Notes under the pieces: model-generated
What the model was told of the DNA's origin: nothing
What the model saw: the letters and a program-made list of their open reading frames with translations, nothing else
Database searches by the model: none
In this document: piece after piece, positions 1 through 9,699 of the stretch
How positions within the stretch are numbered: the stretch's first letter is position 1
Layout: each line of letters opens with the position of its first letter
NCBI RefSeq assembly: GCF_002945325.1
Contig: NZ_CP026606.1
Span: 90,001-122,000, forward strand
DNA: 32,000 bases
DNA from: Methanococcus maripaludis
GTDB lineage: Archaea > AGJL01 > Methanococci > Methanococcales > Methanococcaceae
Direction: 5' to 3'
Translations under genes and position numbers: made by a program

Positions 1-4
1 AAAC

Positions 5-598
5 TTAATTTTTGATTAACTTTTGAACCATTGCTTTATTTTTTAAAGCAGATTCGAAATTGGGATTTAACGTAACAGCTTTTTCAAAACACTCGAAAGC
101 TTTTTGGTAGTTTTTAACCTTGTAGTACTCGACACCCTTATTATTCCACCTTATTGGGAGAATTTCTTTTAATTTAATGCGTGTCTTTTCAATATTTTTT
201 CTCAAAGTTTCTGAATACGGATTTATTTCAAAAGCTTTTTCAAAATAGCCAAGTGCCTTCTCAAAATTGCCCTGATTGTAGTTTTCAACACCCAATTTTG
301 AAAATTTATTATAATTTTCGTTTTCCTGCTTTTTTAACTTTTCTTCTACCATCTTTTTATTTTTTATTGCAGGAATATATGAAGAATTCATGTTTAAAAC
401 GCTGTTAAAACATTGCAGCGCTTTTTCGTTTTCCTTAAGTTTTAAAAAAACCATTCCCTTTCCAAACACTGCTAAAAAATCGTCTGGATAGTATGAAAGT
501 ATTTTATCATAGCACTCAAGTGCTTCTGCATATTTTTCAGAATTACAGAGCAATGCTCCGTGACTGTGCCATTTTTGAATGCCGTAATTGTTCTTCAT
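5..598 (-). CDS. TPR repeat protein
   Basis: ORF 5..613 with repeated 34-aa TPR helical-pair pattern (YQKAFECFEKAVTLNPNF, FEKALGYFEKAFEINPYS, YAEALECYDKILSYYPDD). The codon at 613 is TTG. The ATG at 598 has AAGGA about 5 nt upstream and is taken as the start. Confidence 0.8.
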   Translation of the reverse strand: MKNNYGIQKWHSHGALLCNSEKYAEALECYDKILSYYPDDFLAVFGKGMVFLKLKENEKALQCFNSVLNMNSSYIPAIKNKKMVEEKLKKQENENYNKFSKLGVENYNQGNFEKALGYFEKAFEINPYSETLRKNIEKTRIKLKEILPIRWNNKGVEYYKVKNYQKAFECFEKAVTLNPNFESALKNKAMVQKLIKN

Positions 599-722
599 GT
601 TCAATCCTTTCAAAAGTTAAAAACAGTCCAAATCTTTTGATATAATGAATAATGAAGTTTGAAAATAAATAGCTATTGTGTAGGTAAAATTTAATTTTAA
701 AAAAGAGATGTATTTTAAAGAA

Positions 723-1655
723 TTATTCGAATTCAATTGTTGCTGGCGGTTTATCGGTTACGTCAAGAACTACTCTTGTAACGTTTGGAATTTCTGAAGT
801 TATTCTTTTGCTGATTCTTTTTATAAGATCAAATGGAATTTCAGGAGTGTGTGCAGTCATTGCATCAAGTGAGCTTACAAATCTAAGTGCAACAACCCAG
901 TTGTAATCTCTAATGTCGCCTTTAACACCAGTTGCTTTTGTGTCAAGCACTGCTGCAAAGTACTGCCAGAGTTCGTTTTTAAGTTCAGTTTTTTCAATTT
1001 CTTCTGAAACAATGAAGTTTGCTTCTTTGCAGATTGCTAATTTTTCATCTGTAATTTCGCCTAAAATTCTAACTGCAAGTCCAGGTCCTGGGAAAGGCTG
1101 CCTGTGTGCAATCTGGTCAGGTAAACCAAGTGAAACTGCTAAAAGTCTAACTTCATCTTTGTAGAGTTCTCTTAATGGTTCAACAACATCTAAAACCATT
1201 CCACCAGGTAATGCAATGTTGTGGTGTGTTTTAATCTGTCCTTCACTTTCAATCCAGTCTGGAGCAATTGTTCCCTGAACGAGTACTTCTTCACCCTGTT
1301 CTTCTGCAACTTTTTCAAATACTTCGATAAAGAGCCTTCCAATTATCTTTCTTTTTTCTTCCGGATCAGTAATGCCTTCGAGTTCTTTTAAAAATATGTC
1401 TTTTGCTTCAACAATTTTTAAATTGAGCCCCATCTGTTCTTTAAAAATTTTCCAGATTTCTTCGGACTCGTTTTTTCTCATTAATCCGGTATCAACATAA
1501 ACTGCAAGTAATTTATCTCCAATTGCTTTATCCGTAAGAACTGCAGCAACTGCACTGTCAACTCCACCGCTCAGCGCAATGATTGTTTTTCTATTATTAA
1601 TCTGCTTTCTTATTTCTTCAATGGATTCTTCTATAAACGGTTCGGTCTTGAACAT
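723..1655 (-). CDS. guaAB: GMP synthase [glutamine-hydrolysing] subunit B (ATP pyrophosphatase subunit)
   Basis: 310 aa with PP-loop motif [15 protein letters not shown] and a GMP-synthase C-terminal region ending KPPATIEFE. No fused glutaminase domain, as in archaeal two-subunit enzymes. GGAGGA lies 6 nt upstream of the ATG. Confidence 0.93.
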   Translation of the reverse strand: MFKTEPFIEESIEEIRKQINNRKTIIALSGGVDSAVAAVLTDKAIGDKLLAVYVDTGLMRKNESEEIWKIFKEQMGLNLKIVEAKDIFLKELEGITDPEEKRKIIGRLFIEVFEKVAEEQGEEVLVQGTIAPDWIESEGQIKTHHNIALPGGMVLDVVEPLRELYKDEVRLLAVSLGLPDQIAHRQPFPGPGLAVRILGEITDEKLAICKEANFIVSEEIEKTELKNELWQYFAAVLDTKATGVKGDIRDYNWVVALRFVSSLDAMTAHTPEIPFDLIKRISKRITSEIPNVTRVVLDVTDKPPATIEFE

Positions 1656-1677
1656 TGATATTCCTCCAAATAATTAA

Positions 1678-3318
<1,641 letters not shown>

Positions 3319-3442
3319 TTAGAAATATTATTCAATCAAATATAAATGTTTCCCGATTTTCTGAAAACAAAATTTTAGAATAACTAATAAATTCATGTAT
3401 GTTTTAAGGGTATATGAAGTTATCAGACGCCGAGAGGAAAAT

Positions 3443-3991
3443 ATGGTTGAACTTAAAGTAGATTCAGAAATTGTTTTAAAAGAAATAGAATTGTCCGATG
3501 CAGAAGATATTTTTAAATTAATCGACTCAGATCGAGAAAATCTCAGAATTTGGCTCTCTTTTATAGATTCAACAAAAGAAATAGCCGACACTGAAGACTT
3601 TATACGTTCGATACTGTTTCTTCCAAAAGATATTCGAGATCTTGTCACTGTTATTATTTACAAAGGCCAAAAAATTGGATTAATTGGATTTAAGCTAACA
3701 GATTTTGTAAATAAAAAAACGGAAATTGGCTACTGGATTTCAAAAGAATTTGAAAACAAAGGAATTGTAACTAAATCTGTAGTAAAAATGATAGATTATG
3801 CATTTAATAATTTAGAATTAAATAGGATACAGATAAAATGCGGAATTGGAAATGAAAAAAGTTTAAAAATACCAAAAAAGCTAAATTTTAAATTTGAAGG
3901 TATCGAAAGAAGTGCAGAATTGTTGAATGGAAAATTTATCGATGCAGAAGTTTACAGCATTTTAAAAGATGAATGGACTTTTAAAAATTAA
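3443..3991 (+). CDS. GNAT family N-acetyltransferase (RimJ/RimL-like)
   Basis: ORF 3395..3991. Acetyl-CoA binding region IGYWISKEFENKGIVTKSVVKMIDYAF and the RimL-like tail NEKSLKIPKKLNFKFEGI. The ATG at 3443 follows GAGAGGA and gives a typical N-terminus (MVELKVDSEIVLKEIELSDAEDIF). The 16 upstream codons look non-coding. Confidence 0.85.
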   Translation: MVELKVDSEIVLKEIELSDAEDIFKLIDSDRENLRIWLSFIDSTKEIADTEDFIRSILFLPKDIRDLVTVIIYKGQKIGLIGFKLTDFVNKKTEIGYWISKEFENKGIVTKSVVKMIDYAFNNLELNRIQIKCGIGNEKSLKIPKKLNFKFEGIERSAELLNGKFIDAEVYSILKDEWTFKN

Positions 3992-4001
3992 AAAAAGAAA
4001 T

Positions 4002-4577
4002 TTAATCTTTTTTTATGTGGTTCATCAGAACGCCTTTTTTGTAGCAGAGGTATAATATCCCGGTATCGTACCTTGCATCGTGAAATCCAACTTCGCTACA
4101 GCCATACGCTTTTTTTGTAAATTCAAGTCCTTCATTTGGGCACTGTTCTAAAAATTCCATTAATTCAACTAATTTTGGTCTTTTATATCTTTTCTGACCC
4201 GGAAGTTTACAGATTGGGGTAAAATGAAACATCGTACAGAATTTATCTTTTGGAACATATTCTGGACCGAGTCTTTCAAACTCTGCTTTTAAAAACCGTA
4301 TATCAAAAGAGATATTGTGCCCAATTATTACGGAATCTTCAAGGTCTTCCCGAACTTCATCGACAGTATCTTCAAAAGTCATTCCATTTGATAATTCGTC
4401 AAGTATTTCCATTGTAAGCCCGTGAACTTTTGCAGCGCTTCTTGACATGTGGTCAACTGAGTAGTATTGATTAAAAACTTTTTTTAAGTTTAAATCTTCG
4501 TCAGTTACTAAATAAGAAAGCTGTGCAATCTGTCCGGGGTGAAGTCCCGTTGTTTCAGTATCTAAAAAAACATACAT
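4002..4577 (-). CDS. DEDDh 3'-5' exonuclease (DnaQ/epsilon-like)
   Basis: Exo I motif VFLDTETTGL, Exo II IIGHNISFDIRFL, Exo III GFHDARYDT (H-x4-D, DEDDh type). The ORF track starts at GTG 4586. The ATG at 4577 (MYVFLDTETTG) is taken as the start, and this is uncertain by 9 nt. Confidence 0.8.
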   Translation of the reverse strand: MYVFLDTETTGLHPGQIAQLSYLVTDEDLNLKKVFNQYYSVDHMSRSAAKVHGLTMEILDELSNGMTFEDTVDEVREDLEDSVIIGHNISFDIRFLKAEFERLGPEYVPKDKFCTMFHFTPICKLPGQKRYKRPKLVELMEFLEQCPNEGLEFTKKAYGCSEVGFHDARYDTGILYLCYKKGVLMNHIKKD

Positions 4578-4679
4578 CTTTAACACGTTTTAATTTTAAA
4601 TTTTCAATAACTCATTTCAAGATAACTCAACTATATATATCAGGTTATTTAAGCTTTATATCTAATTATCTAATTAAAG

Positions 4680-4688
4680 AATATAAAG
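4680..4688 (+). promoter_or_regulatory. TATA-like box (AATATAAAG) for the C/D box sRNA
   Basis: A/T box centred about 26-27 nt upstream of the predicted sRNA 5' end at 4711, which is the canonical archaeal TATA-to-TSS spacing. Confidence 0.5.
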
Positions 4689-4710
4689 AATATTTCTCTG
4701 ATTTAATTAT

Positions 4711-4772
4711 GCAATGATGAGTGCCGACTTCACTGAGGATTTTTCCGATGAAGACAACGGGGACAGCTGAGC
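4711..4772 (+). ncRNA. C/D box sRNA (2'-O-methylation guide)
   Basis: C box ATGATGA 4714-4720. 12-nt spacer GTGCCGACTTCA. D' box CTGA 4733-4736. 8-nt loop. Degenerate C' box CCGATGA 4745-4751. 15-nt spacer. D box CTGA 4767-4770. Terminal GC/GC closing pairs (4711-12 with 4771-72). TATA-like box upstream and a T6 run downstream. Confidence 0.75.
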
Positions 4773-4777
4773 ATAAC

Positions 4778-4783
4778 TTTTTT
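4778..4783 (+). terminator. Oligo-T (T6) archaeal termination signal after the sRNA
   Basis: TTTTTT begins 6 nt after the sRNA 3' end. Archaeal RNA polymerase terminates at oligo-T tracts. Confidence 0.45.
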
Positions 4784-4808
4784 AAAAAATTTATATTATA
4801 ATTTTAAA

Positions 4809-7049
4809 TTAATAATTAAGGAGAGTCTGCTGGCCGTATTTCATTCCAAGGTCTCCAAGGATTTTTTTACCGATTTTTTCGCCGAAAAGTTCAAGGATTT
4901 TTTCAGGATTATTATTTATTTCAACTTTGGACTTAATTCCTGCATTATAAAGTTTTCTCGACCTTGCACGGCCGATATTCTTGACTTTTAATAATTCAAT
5001 TAATTCTTCTTTTGCACCGTATTCAATTCTTAATTCCATTTCCATAAGGGCTCTGTATATTTCACTGCTGTCTAAATTAATTAGTTTTGCAATCTCTTTT
5101 GTTGAATAAATCATCCATTTGGCCTGTTCAACTTTGTATCTTAAGATTCCGGGTTCAACACCGTACTTTTCCAAAATTAGTTCTTCAGGTATTTCACTTA
5201 CCCAGTCGCAGAACATTTTTGAATTTTTAAAAGCTTCAACATTTTCCGCAGAATACTCATTAATTCCAAATTTTTCCATTTCAAGGATTAAATCAAGTTC
5301 TTCATTCGGCCTAACTCTTAAAAGTGGCCTCATTTCGTTAGTTTTTGAAATCAAATAGAATAAATACTGATCAATTTTTGATCGATCCAATTGAGCACAT
5401 TTTTTCTTCAATTCATGTAATTCTTCTATTATAATTTCAGAACTCATCGGGTCGATATAAAGTTCAGAAATTCTTTTTCCAAGCTTTGTTGATTTAAATT
5501 CAACTTTTGAATTGGGATTTGAAAGATCGAATGAAGTTTCTTTTGAATCTAAAACTAAATTATTTGAAGAATCAAAGGAGAGTTCAACTACTTTGTTTTC
5601 CGCTTTTTTAAGAACTGAGGTTTCTAAAAATTTATTTTTTTCTAAAAATTCTACAACTTCTGATACATTTAATAAAACTGCGCCGATATTTCCAAACTGG
5701 TAAGCGTAAAACGTATTTTTCATGAAATTGACAAGATTTTGTCCGTCATTAATTTCTCCTGTGGAAATTAAACCCAAAATATGAATTCTCAAAACTTTCT
5801 GGTTTGCTAATTTTGAATATATATTTTCAACATTTCCAGTAAGAATTTCATAAGCTTTTTCAGAATCGCGCTCATTTTTGATATAAATTATTCCTTCACC
5901 GTAAGGGTCCAATCCAGGTCGGCCAGCTCTCCCAATACACTGCTGAATTTCCATTCTTGGAATATCTACAAGGCCGTTTTGAGAATATCTTTTTATATCT
6001 CGCACAATTGCTCGCCTGCACGGTAAATTCAAGCCTGCCGAAAGTGTTGGCGTACAGCAGATTACTTTTATTAATCTATTTCTAAATCCATCTTCAACGA
6101 TTTTTCGATGCTGATACGTGAGTCCTGCATGGTGAAATGCTATTCCTTTTTTAATACATTCTGAAAGGGCTTTACAAGTTTCAGTTGGCGTATCGAGAAT
6201 TGATAAAATTTCTTCACTTAATTTATTTAGTTCATGCTGTTCAGTTCTTGTTAAGTACTTAGTTAAATTGTGTTTTTTTGCTTCGCCAACTGCATTTCTT
6301 TTTGAATTGCAAAATATTAAACAAGAACCTTTTTCTTCGACACTATCAACTATTAAATCAGTTATATTATTTTTAGAAACCTGCTTTATTTTTTTTGCAG
6401 GGCTTTTTACAAACTCAAGTTCATTTTCAAAGTAAATTCCTTTTTTTAATTCAACTGGCCTCCATTCATCAACGATTAATTTCGCGTTTAGCCAGTCTGA
6501 GAGTTCTTCGGGGTTTCCAATAGTTGCAGAAAGGCCGACAATCTGGGCATTTAAATTTTTCAATTTCGTTAAAATTACTTCTAAAGTTCCGCCCCTGTCG
6601 TTATCCCCTATTAAATGGATTTCATCAATTACTGCTAAGGATACGTCATTTATCCATTCAACTTCGTGTCTCATCAATGAATCGAGCTTTTCAGAAGTAG
6701 TTATAATGATATGAAACTTTGAGAGATTCTCTTTAGTATCAAAATCCCCGATTGATAGCCCTACTTTTATTCCATATTTTTCATATTTTTCCTTAAATTC
6801 ATCAAATTTTTCATTTGCAAGCGCTTTTAGTGGGACGATGAATAACCCTTTTTTTCCAGTTAAATTTTTATTTTCATCTAAAATATGGTTTAATAAAGCC
6901 ATTTCTCCAATAAGCGTTTTTCCACTCGCAGTTGGAATACATATTAAAAAATTCTTTGTTTTATCAAAAAGTTCTTCATCAATTACTTTTTTTTGCGGAG
7001 GTCTTAATTCAGTAATTTTGTTTTCTTTAAGTATATCCAATACATGCAT
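4809..7049 (-). CDS. hel308: Ski2-like DNA helicase Hel308 (Hjm)
   Basis: 746 aa. Q motif/motif I region ELRPPQKK...PTASGKT. Motif II DEIH. Motif III SAT. Motif VI QCIGRAGRPG. Hel308 C-terminal region LGKRISELYIDP and a terminal helix-hairpin-helix-like domain (NIGRARSRKLYNAGI). Confidence 0.92.
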   Translation of the reverse strand: MHVLDILKENKITELRPPQKKVIDEELFDKTKNFLICIPTASGKTLIGEMALLNHILDENKNLTGKKGLFIVPLKALANEKFDEFKEKYEKYGIKVGLSIGDFDTKENLSKFHIIITTSEKLDSLMRHEVEWINDVSLAVIDEIHLIGDNDRGGTLEVILTKLKNLNAQIVGLSATIGNPEELSDWLNAKLIVDEWRPVELKKGIYFENELEFVKSPAKKIKQVSKNNITDLIVDSVEEKGSCLIFCNSKRNAVGEAKKHNLTKYLTRTEQHELNKLSEEILSILDTPTETCKALSECIKKGIAFHHAGLTYQHRKIVEDGFRNRLIKVICCTPTLSAGLNLPCRRAIVRDIKRYSQNGLVDIPRMEIQQCIGRAGRPGLDPYGEGIIYIKNERDSEKAYEILTGNVENIYSKLANQKVLRIHILGLISTGEINDGQNLVNFMKNTFYAYQFGNIGAVLLNVSEVVEFLEKNKFLETSVLKKAENKVVELSFDSSNNLVLDSKETSFDLSNPNSKVEFKSTKLGKRISELYIDPMSSEIIIEELHELKKKCAQLDRSKIDQYLFYLISKTNEMRPLLRVRPNEELDLILEMEKFGINEYSAENVEAFKNSKMFCDWVSEIPEELILEKYGVEPGILRYKVEQAKWMIYSTKEIAKLINLDSSEIYRALMEMELRIEYGAKEELIELLKVKNIGRARSRKLYNAGIKSKVEINNNPEKILELFGEKIGKKILGDLGMKYGQQTLLNY

Positions 7050-7119
7050 TTTTTCAACATTTTTGTTAATTCTTTTCTTTTTAATTGTAATCCATTTGTA
7101 ATATAATTTTGCCCATATG

Positions 7120-7227
7120 AGTAATAATAATTACTGAGTATTGTTACATAGTAATAAAATATAACAACATATAAATACTGCGTTATATCAAGTATTATCT
7201 GTAATAAATATCTTAAAAAATTATTAC
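7120..7227. promoter_or_regulatory. Cluster of GTAATAA motifs plus an AGTAAT-AATA-ATTACT palindrome upstream of cbiM
   Basis: GTAATAA at 7121, 7151 and 7201, and inverted (TTATTAC) at 7221. 6-4-6 palindrome at 7120-7135. Candidate operator array. No known regulator is assigned. Confidence 0.35.
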
Positions 7228-7246
7228 TCTAAAAATGGGTGAGGCA

Positions 7247-7885
7247 ATGCACATACCAGATGGATTTATCCCATTGTGGGAAAGCGGGATTTTTTGGGTA
7301 ATTTCCCTGATATTTTTAAGTATGTCTTTAAGATGGGCATCAAAGGAAATGAATGAAAAGACAGTTCCACTATTTACGGCACTTGCAGCAGGTATTTTTG
7401 CAATTCAAGCAATGAACATGCCTATACCTTGGGGAACTAGTGGACACATGGTTGGTGCAGCACTAACTGCGATAGTATTTGATAGCCCTTGGGCTGCTGT
7501 ATTAATGTTAGCTCTTGTTTTAATTGTTCAAGGATTATTCTTTGCAGACGGTGGTTTAATCGTCATGGGTGCAAACATCTTTAACATGGGTGTTGTAGGT
7601 GGATTTGTAGGATACTACGTATTCAAATCATTGAAAAAAACAAACTTCCACGCAGCAGTATTTACTGCTGGATGGTCTGCAACATTTATAGCAGCACTTG
7701 CTTGTGCAGCAGAACTTGCAATTGCAGGAACATTCCCAATTGACCTTGGAATTCAATTTATGGGTCTTTACCACGCAGTTATCGGAATTATTGAAGGTTT
7801 AATTACTGCGGTAGTGGTAGGCTACCTCGCATCAGCTCGACCGGATCTTGTAAAGAGCGTAAAAAAGGTGGTTTCAAATGAGTAA
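7247..7885 (+). CDS. cbiM: ECF transporter substrate-capture component CbiM/NikM (Co/Ni uptake)
   Basis: Multi-TM protein beginning MHIPDGFIP, the conserved Met-His N-terminus that forms the metal site in CbiM/NikM. GGGTGAGG SD immediately upstream. The track ORF begins 4 codons earlier at 7235, which would bury the Met-His N-terminus. Confidence 0.9.
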   Translation: MHIPDGFIPLWESGIFWVISLIFLSMSLRWASKEMNEKTVPLFTALAAGIFAIQAMNMPIPWGTSGHMVGAALTAIVFDSPWAAVLMLALVLIVQGLFFADGGLIVMGANIFNMGVVGGFVGYYVFKSLKKTNFHAAVFTAGWSATFIAALACAAELAIAGTFPIDLGIQFMGLYHAVIGIIEGLITAVVVGYLASARPDLVKSVKKVVSNE

Positions 7886-8204
7886 CAACAACTCGATATT
7901 AGTTGCAGGACTAATCGTTGCATTATTAATTGGACTTGCAGCACCATTTTTAGCTTCAGGTGACCCTGATGGATTGGAAAGCGCTGCAGAAAAAATTATT
8001 AATTCAGATGTTTTGGATGCAAATTTAGATGAAGCAGGACTTGAAGAAGAAGGAACAGTTGCACCTTCACCAATGCCTGACTATGCAATTCCAGGAATGG
8101 ACAAAATAGGGGAAATTGGTGCATTAATTATTGGTATTTTATTAATAACCTTACTTTCATTTGGCGTTGGTTCAATATTTAAAAAATCAACTTCAGAAAA
8201 CTAA
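7878..8204 (+). CDS. PDGLE-domain small membrane protein (N component partner of CbiM/NikM)
   Basis: 108 aa with TM helices at both ends and a literal GDPDGLES motif (PDGLE domain). Its start overlaps the cbiM stop by 8 nt, with AGGTGG SD. It lacks the canonical CbiN signature as I recall it. Confidence 0.7.
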   Translation: MSNNNSILVAGLIVALLIGLAAPFLASGDPDGLESAAEKIINSDVLDANLDEAGLEEEGTVAPSPMPDYAIPGMDKIGEIGALIIGILLITLLSFGVGSIFKKSTSEN

Positions 8205-8218
8205 AAGATCTGATTTAC

Positions 8219-8233
8219 TTTTTTCAATTTTTT
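8219..8233 (+). terminator. Double oligo-T tract (T6-CAA-T6) after the cbiM/N pair
   Basis: TTTTTTCAATTTTTT starts 15 nt after the stop at 8204. Confidence 0.4.
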
Positions 8234-8273
8234 AAAATTTCAAAAGATTAAGAGTTCGTTTTTATTACATATT

Positions 8274-8281
8274 TTTATATA
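8274..8281 (+). promoter_or_regulatory. TATA box (TTTATATA) for the Dabb gene
   Basis: Consensus Methanococcus-type TATA 44 nt upstream of ATG 8325. AGGTG SD at 8315-8319. Confidence 0.4.
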
Positions 8282-8324
8282 ATTTATACCAAAAACATGA
8301 TTTTAAAATTAAACAGGTGTATTT

Positions 8325-8627
8325 ATGATAAAACATATCGTTATGTGGAAATTAAAAGAAAATGATAAGGATAATGATAAATTTGAGAATGCAAAAACCA
8401 TTAAAAATAAATTGGAAAGTTTAAATGGAGTTATTCCTGAAATAAAATACATAGAAGTTGGTGTAAACTCTGAAAAATTTGAAAATAACTACGATGTAGT
8501 GTTGGTATCAGAATTCGACAGTTTTGAAGATTTAGATGTTTATCAAAAACACCCAGAACACGTGAAAGTTGGAGAATTTGTAAAATCAGTTGCAGAACTC
8601 AGAACTGCTGTTGATTACGAATTTTAA
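8325..8627 (+). CDS. Dabb (stress-responsive alpha/beta-barrel) family protein
   Basis: 100 aa. MIKHIVMWKLKE start, ...SEFDSFEDLDVYQKHPEHVKV... typical of Dabb-domain proteins. Has its own TATA and SD. Confidence 0.85.
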   Translation: MIKHIVMWKLKENDKDNDKFENAKTIKNKLESLNGVIPEIKYIEVGVNSEKFENNYDVVLVSEFDSFEDLDVYQKHPEHVKVGEFVKSVAELRTAVDYEF

Positions 8628-8776
8628 TTATATTTTTTTAATGAATATTTGTATTATTTTCTCCTATTTTTTTCAAAATAATATGGTTTTTTATAGATTA
8701 AGAACTATTTTAAATTAATAATACTCTATAATCATTTGCGAAATATTGTAATAATCAAATATTTTCAGGTCAAAAT

Positions 8777-9544
8777 TTGCACGGATCAATTCACAGTTTG
8801 GAAAGAGATGCGTTTGTCGAAAGTCCGCTTCACAGAATAGATGCTAGAATCAAATTAATTTTTGTTTTTACCGTAGTTTTGACTGCAACAATTTTTAACA
8901 ATGTTTATTTAATGGTTTTAATGGAAATTTACATGTTATTTGTAATGCTCTTTTCAAAAATCCCTATTTCAAATTTACTTAAAAGAATAATCATGATAAT
9001 CCCATTTGGTGGATTTATAGCATTATTCCAGCCTTTCATTCGAGGAGAATCTGTAATATATTATTTAGGAATGCTTCCAATATATTCTGAAGGATTGGAT
9101 TTTGGAATTTCATTATTTTTAAAATTTCTGGTTTCTATAACTTCAGTGGTGCTGTTATCCTCGACAACACCAATGTATGAAGTAATAAATGCTGGAAAAA
9201 AACTTGGAATTCCAAGCATTATGTCTACGCTTCTTGGAATGATGATTAGATACTTATTTGTAATGGTTGATGTTTTAGAATCCACGATAAAAGCCCAAAA
9301 ATCAAGGGCACTTAACAGGAAAAATTTAAACTACAAACAGCTTCTAAATACATTTGGGTCATTAATCGGGCTTGTTTTTTTAAAATCATATGAACAGGGT
9401 GAAAGAACCTATTTAGGAATGCTTTCAAGAGGATATTCGAAAGATTCGAATATAAAAACACTCGGTCAAAAAATCGGATTTAATGACATTTTGTTTTTGT
9501 CCACTACAACGCTAATACTGTCAATTGGAATTATCTCTTTTTAA
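8777..9544 (+). CDS. cbiQ: ECF transporter transmembrane (T) component CbiQ
   Basis: 255 aa polytopic protein. N-terminal SPLHRIDARIKLIF motif and the conserved ...AQKSRA... coupling-helix region. No in-frame ATG near the N-terminus. TTG at 8777 has AGGT 6 nt upstream. Confidence 0.85.
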   Translation: MHGSIHSLERDAFVESPLHRIDARIKLIFVFTVVLTATIFNNVYLMVLMEIYMLFVMLFSKIPISNLLKRIIMIIPFGGFIALFQPFIRGESVIYYLGMLPIYSEGLDFGISLFLKFLVSITSVVLLSSTTPMYEVINAGKKLGIPSIMSTLLGMMIRYLFVMVDVLESTIKAQKSRALNRKNLNYKQLLNTFGSLIGLVFLKSYEQGERTYLGMLSRGYSKDSNIKTLGQKIGFNDILFLSTTTLILSIGIISF

Positions 9545-9699
9545 ACTATCGAATGCCTATCCAAATTGACAGTTTTTAAGTCATAATACTATATCTAAAA
9601 TTATATATGTTAATTTAAAAAGGTCGTTATTCACAAATAAAAAGTTAGATAAAGATAAAACTTCAAAAGTATAACTATAGAAATTTAAAAAGGCGCACC

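Noticed and set aside
3328-3648. 106-aa - strand ORF overlapping the GNAT gene and its promoter
   Set aside because: It overlaps a motif-supported gene on the other strand, has no SD and is a low-complexity Ser/Ile-rich product.
4523-4717. 64-aa + strand ORF ending inside the C/D sRNA
   Set aside because: It spans the exonuclease 5' end and AT-rich promoter DNA. The C/D box sRNA unit explains the conserved-looking part better.
4721-4732. Possible target of the first sRNA guide at the conserved 16S rRNA 3'-end sequence UGAAGUCGUAAC
   Set aside because: The guide's complement is UGAAGUCGGCAC, which matches my recollection of the 16S sequence at only about 10 of 12 positions, with two adjacent mismatches. 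I am working from memory and cannot confirm it, so no target is claimed.
8641-8718. 25-codon ORF (MNICIIFSYFFQNN...) between the Dabb gene and cbiQ
   Set aside because: It has no SD and lies in T-rich terminator/promoter DNA.
9563-9575. 13-mer AAATTGACAGTTT shared with 31560-31572
   Set aside because: My rough estimate is that on the order of a hundred chance 13-mer matches are expected within 32 kb of this base composition. The flanks do not extend the similarity.
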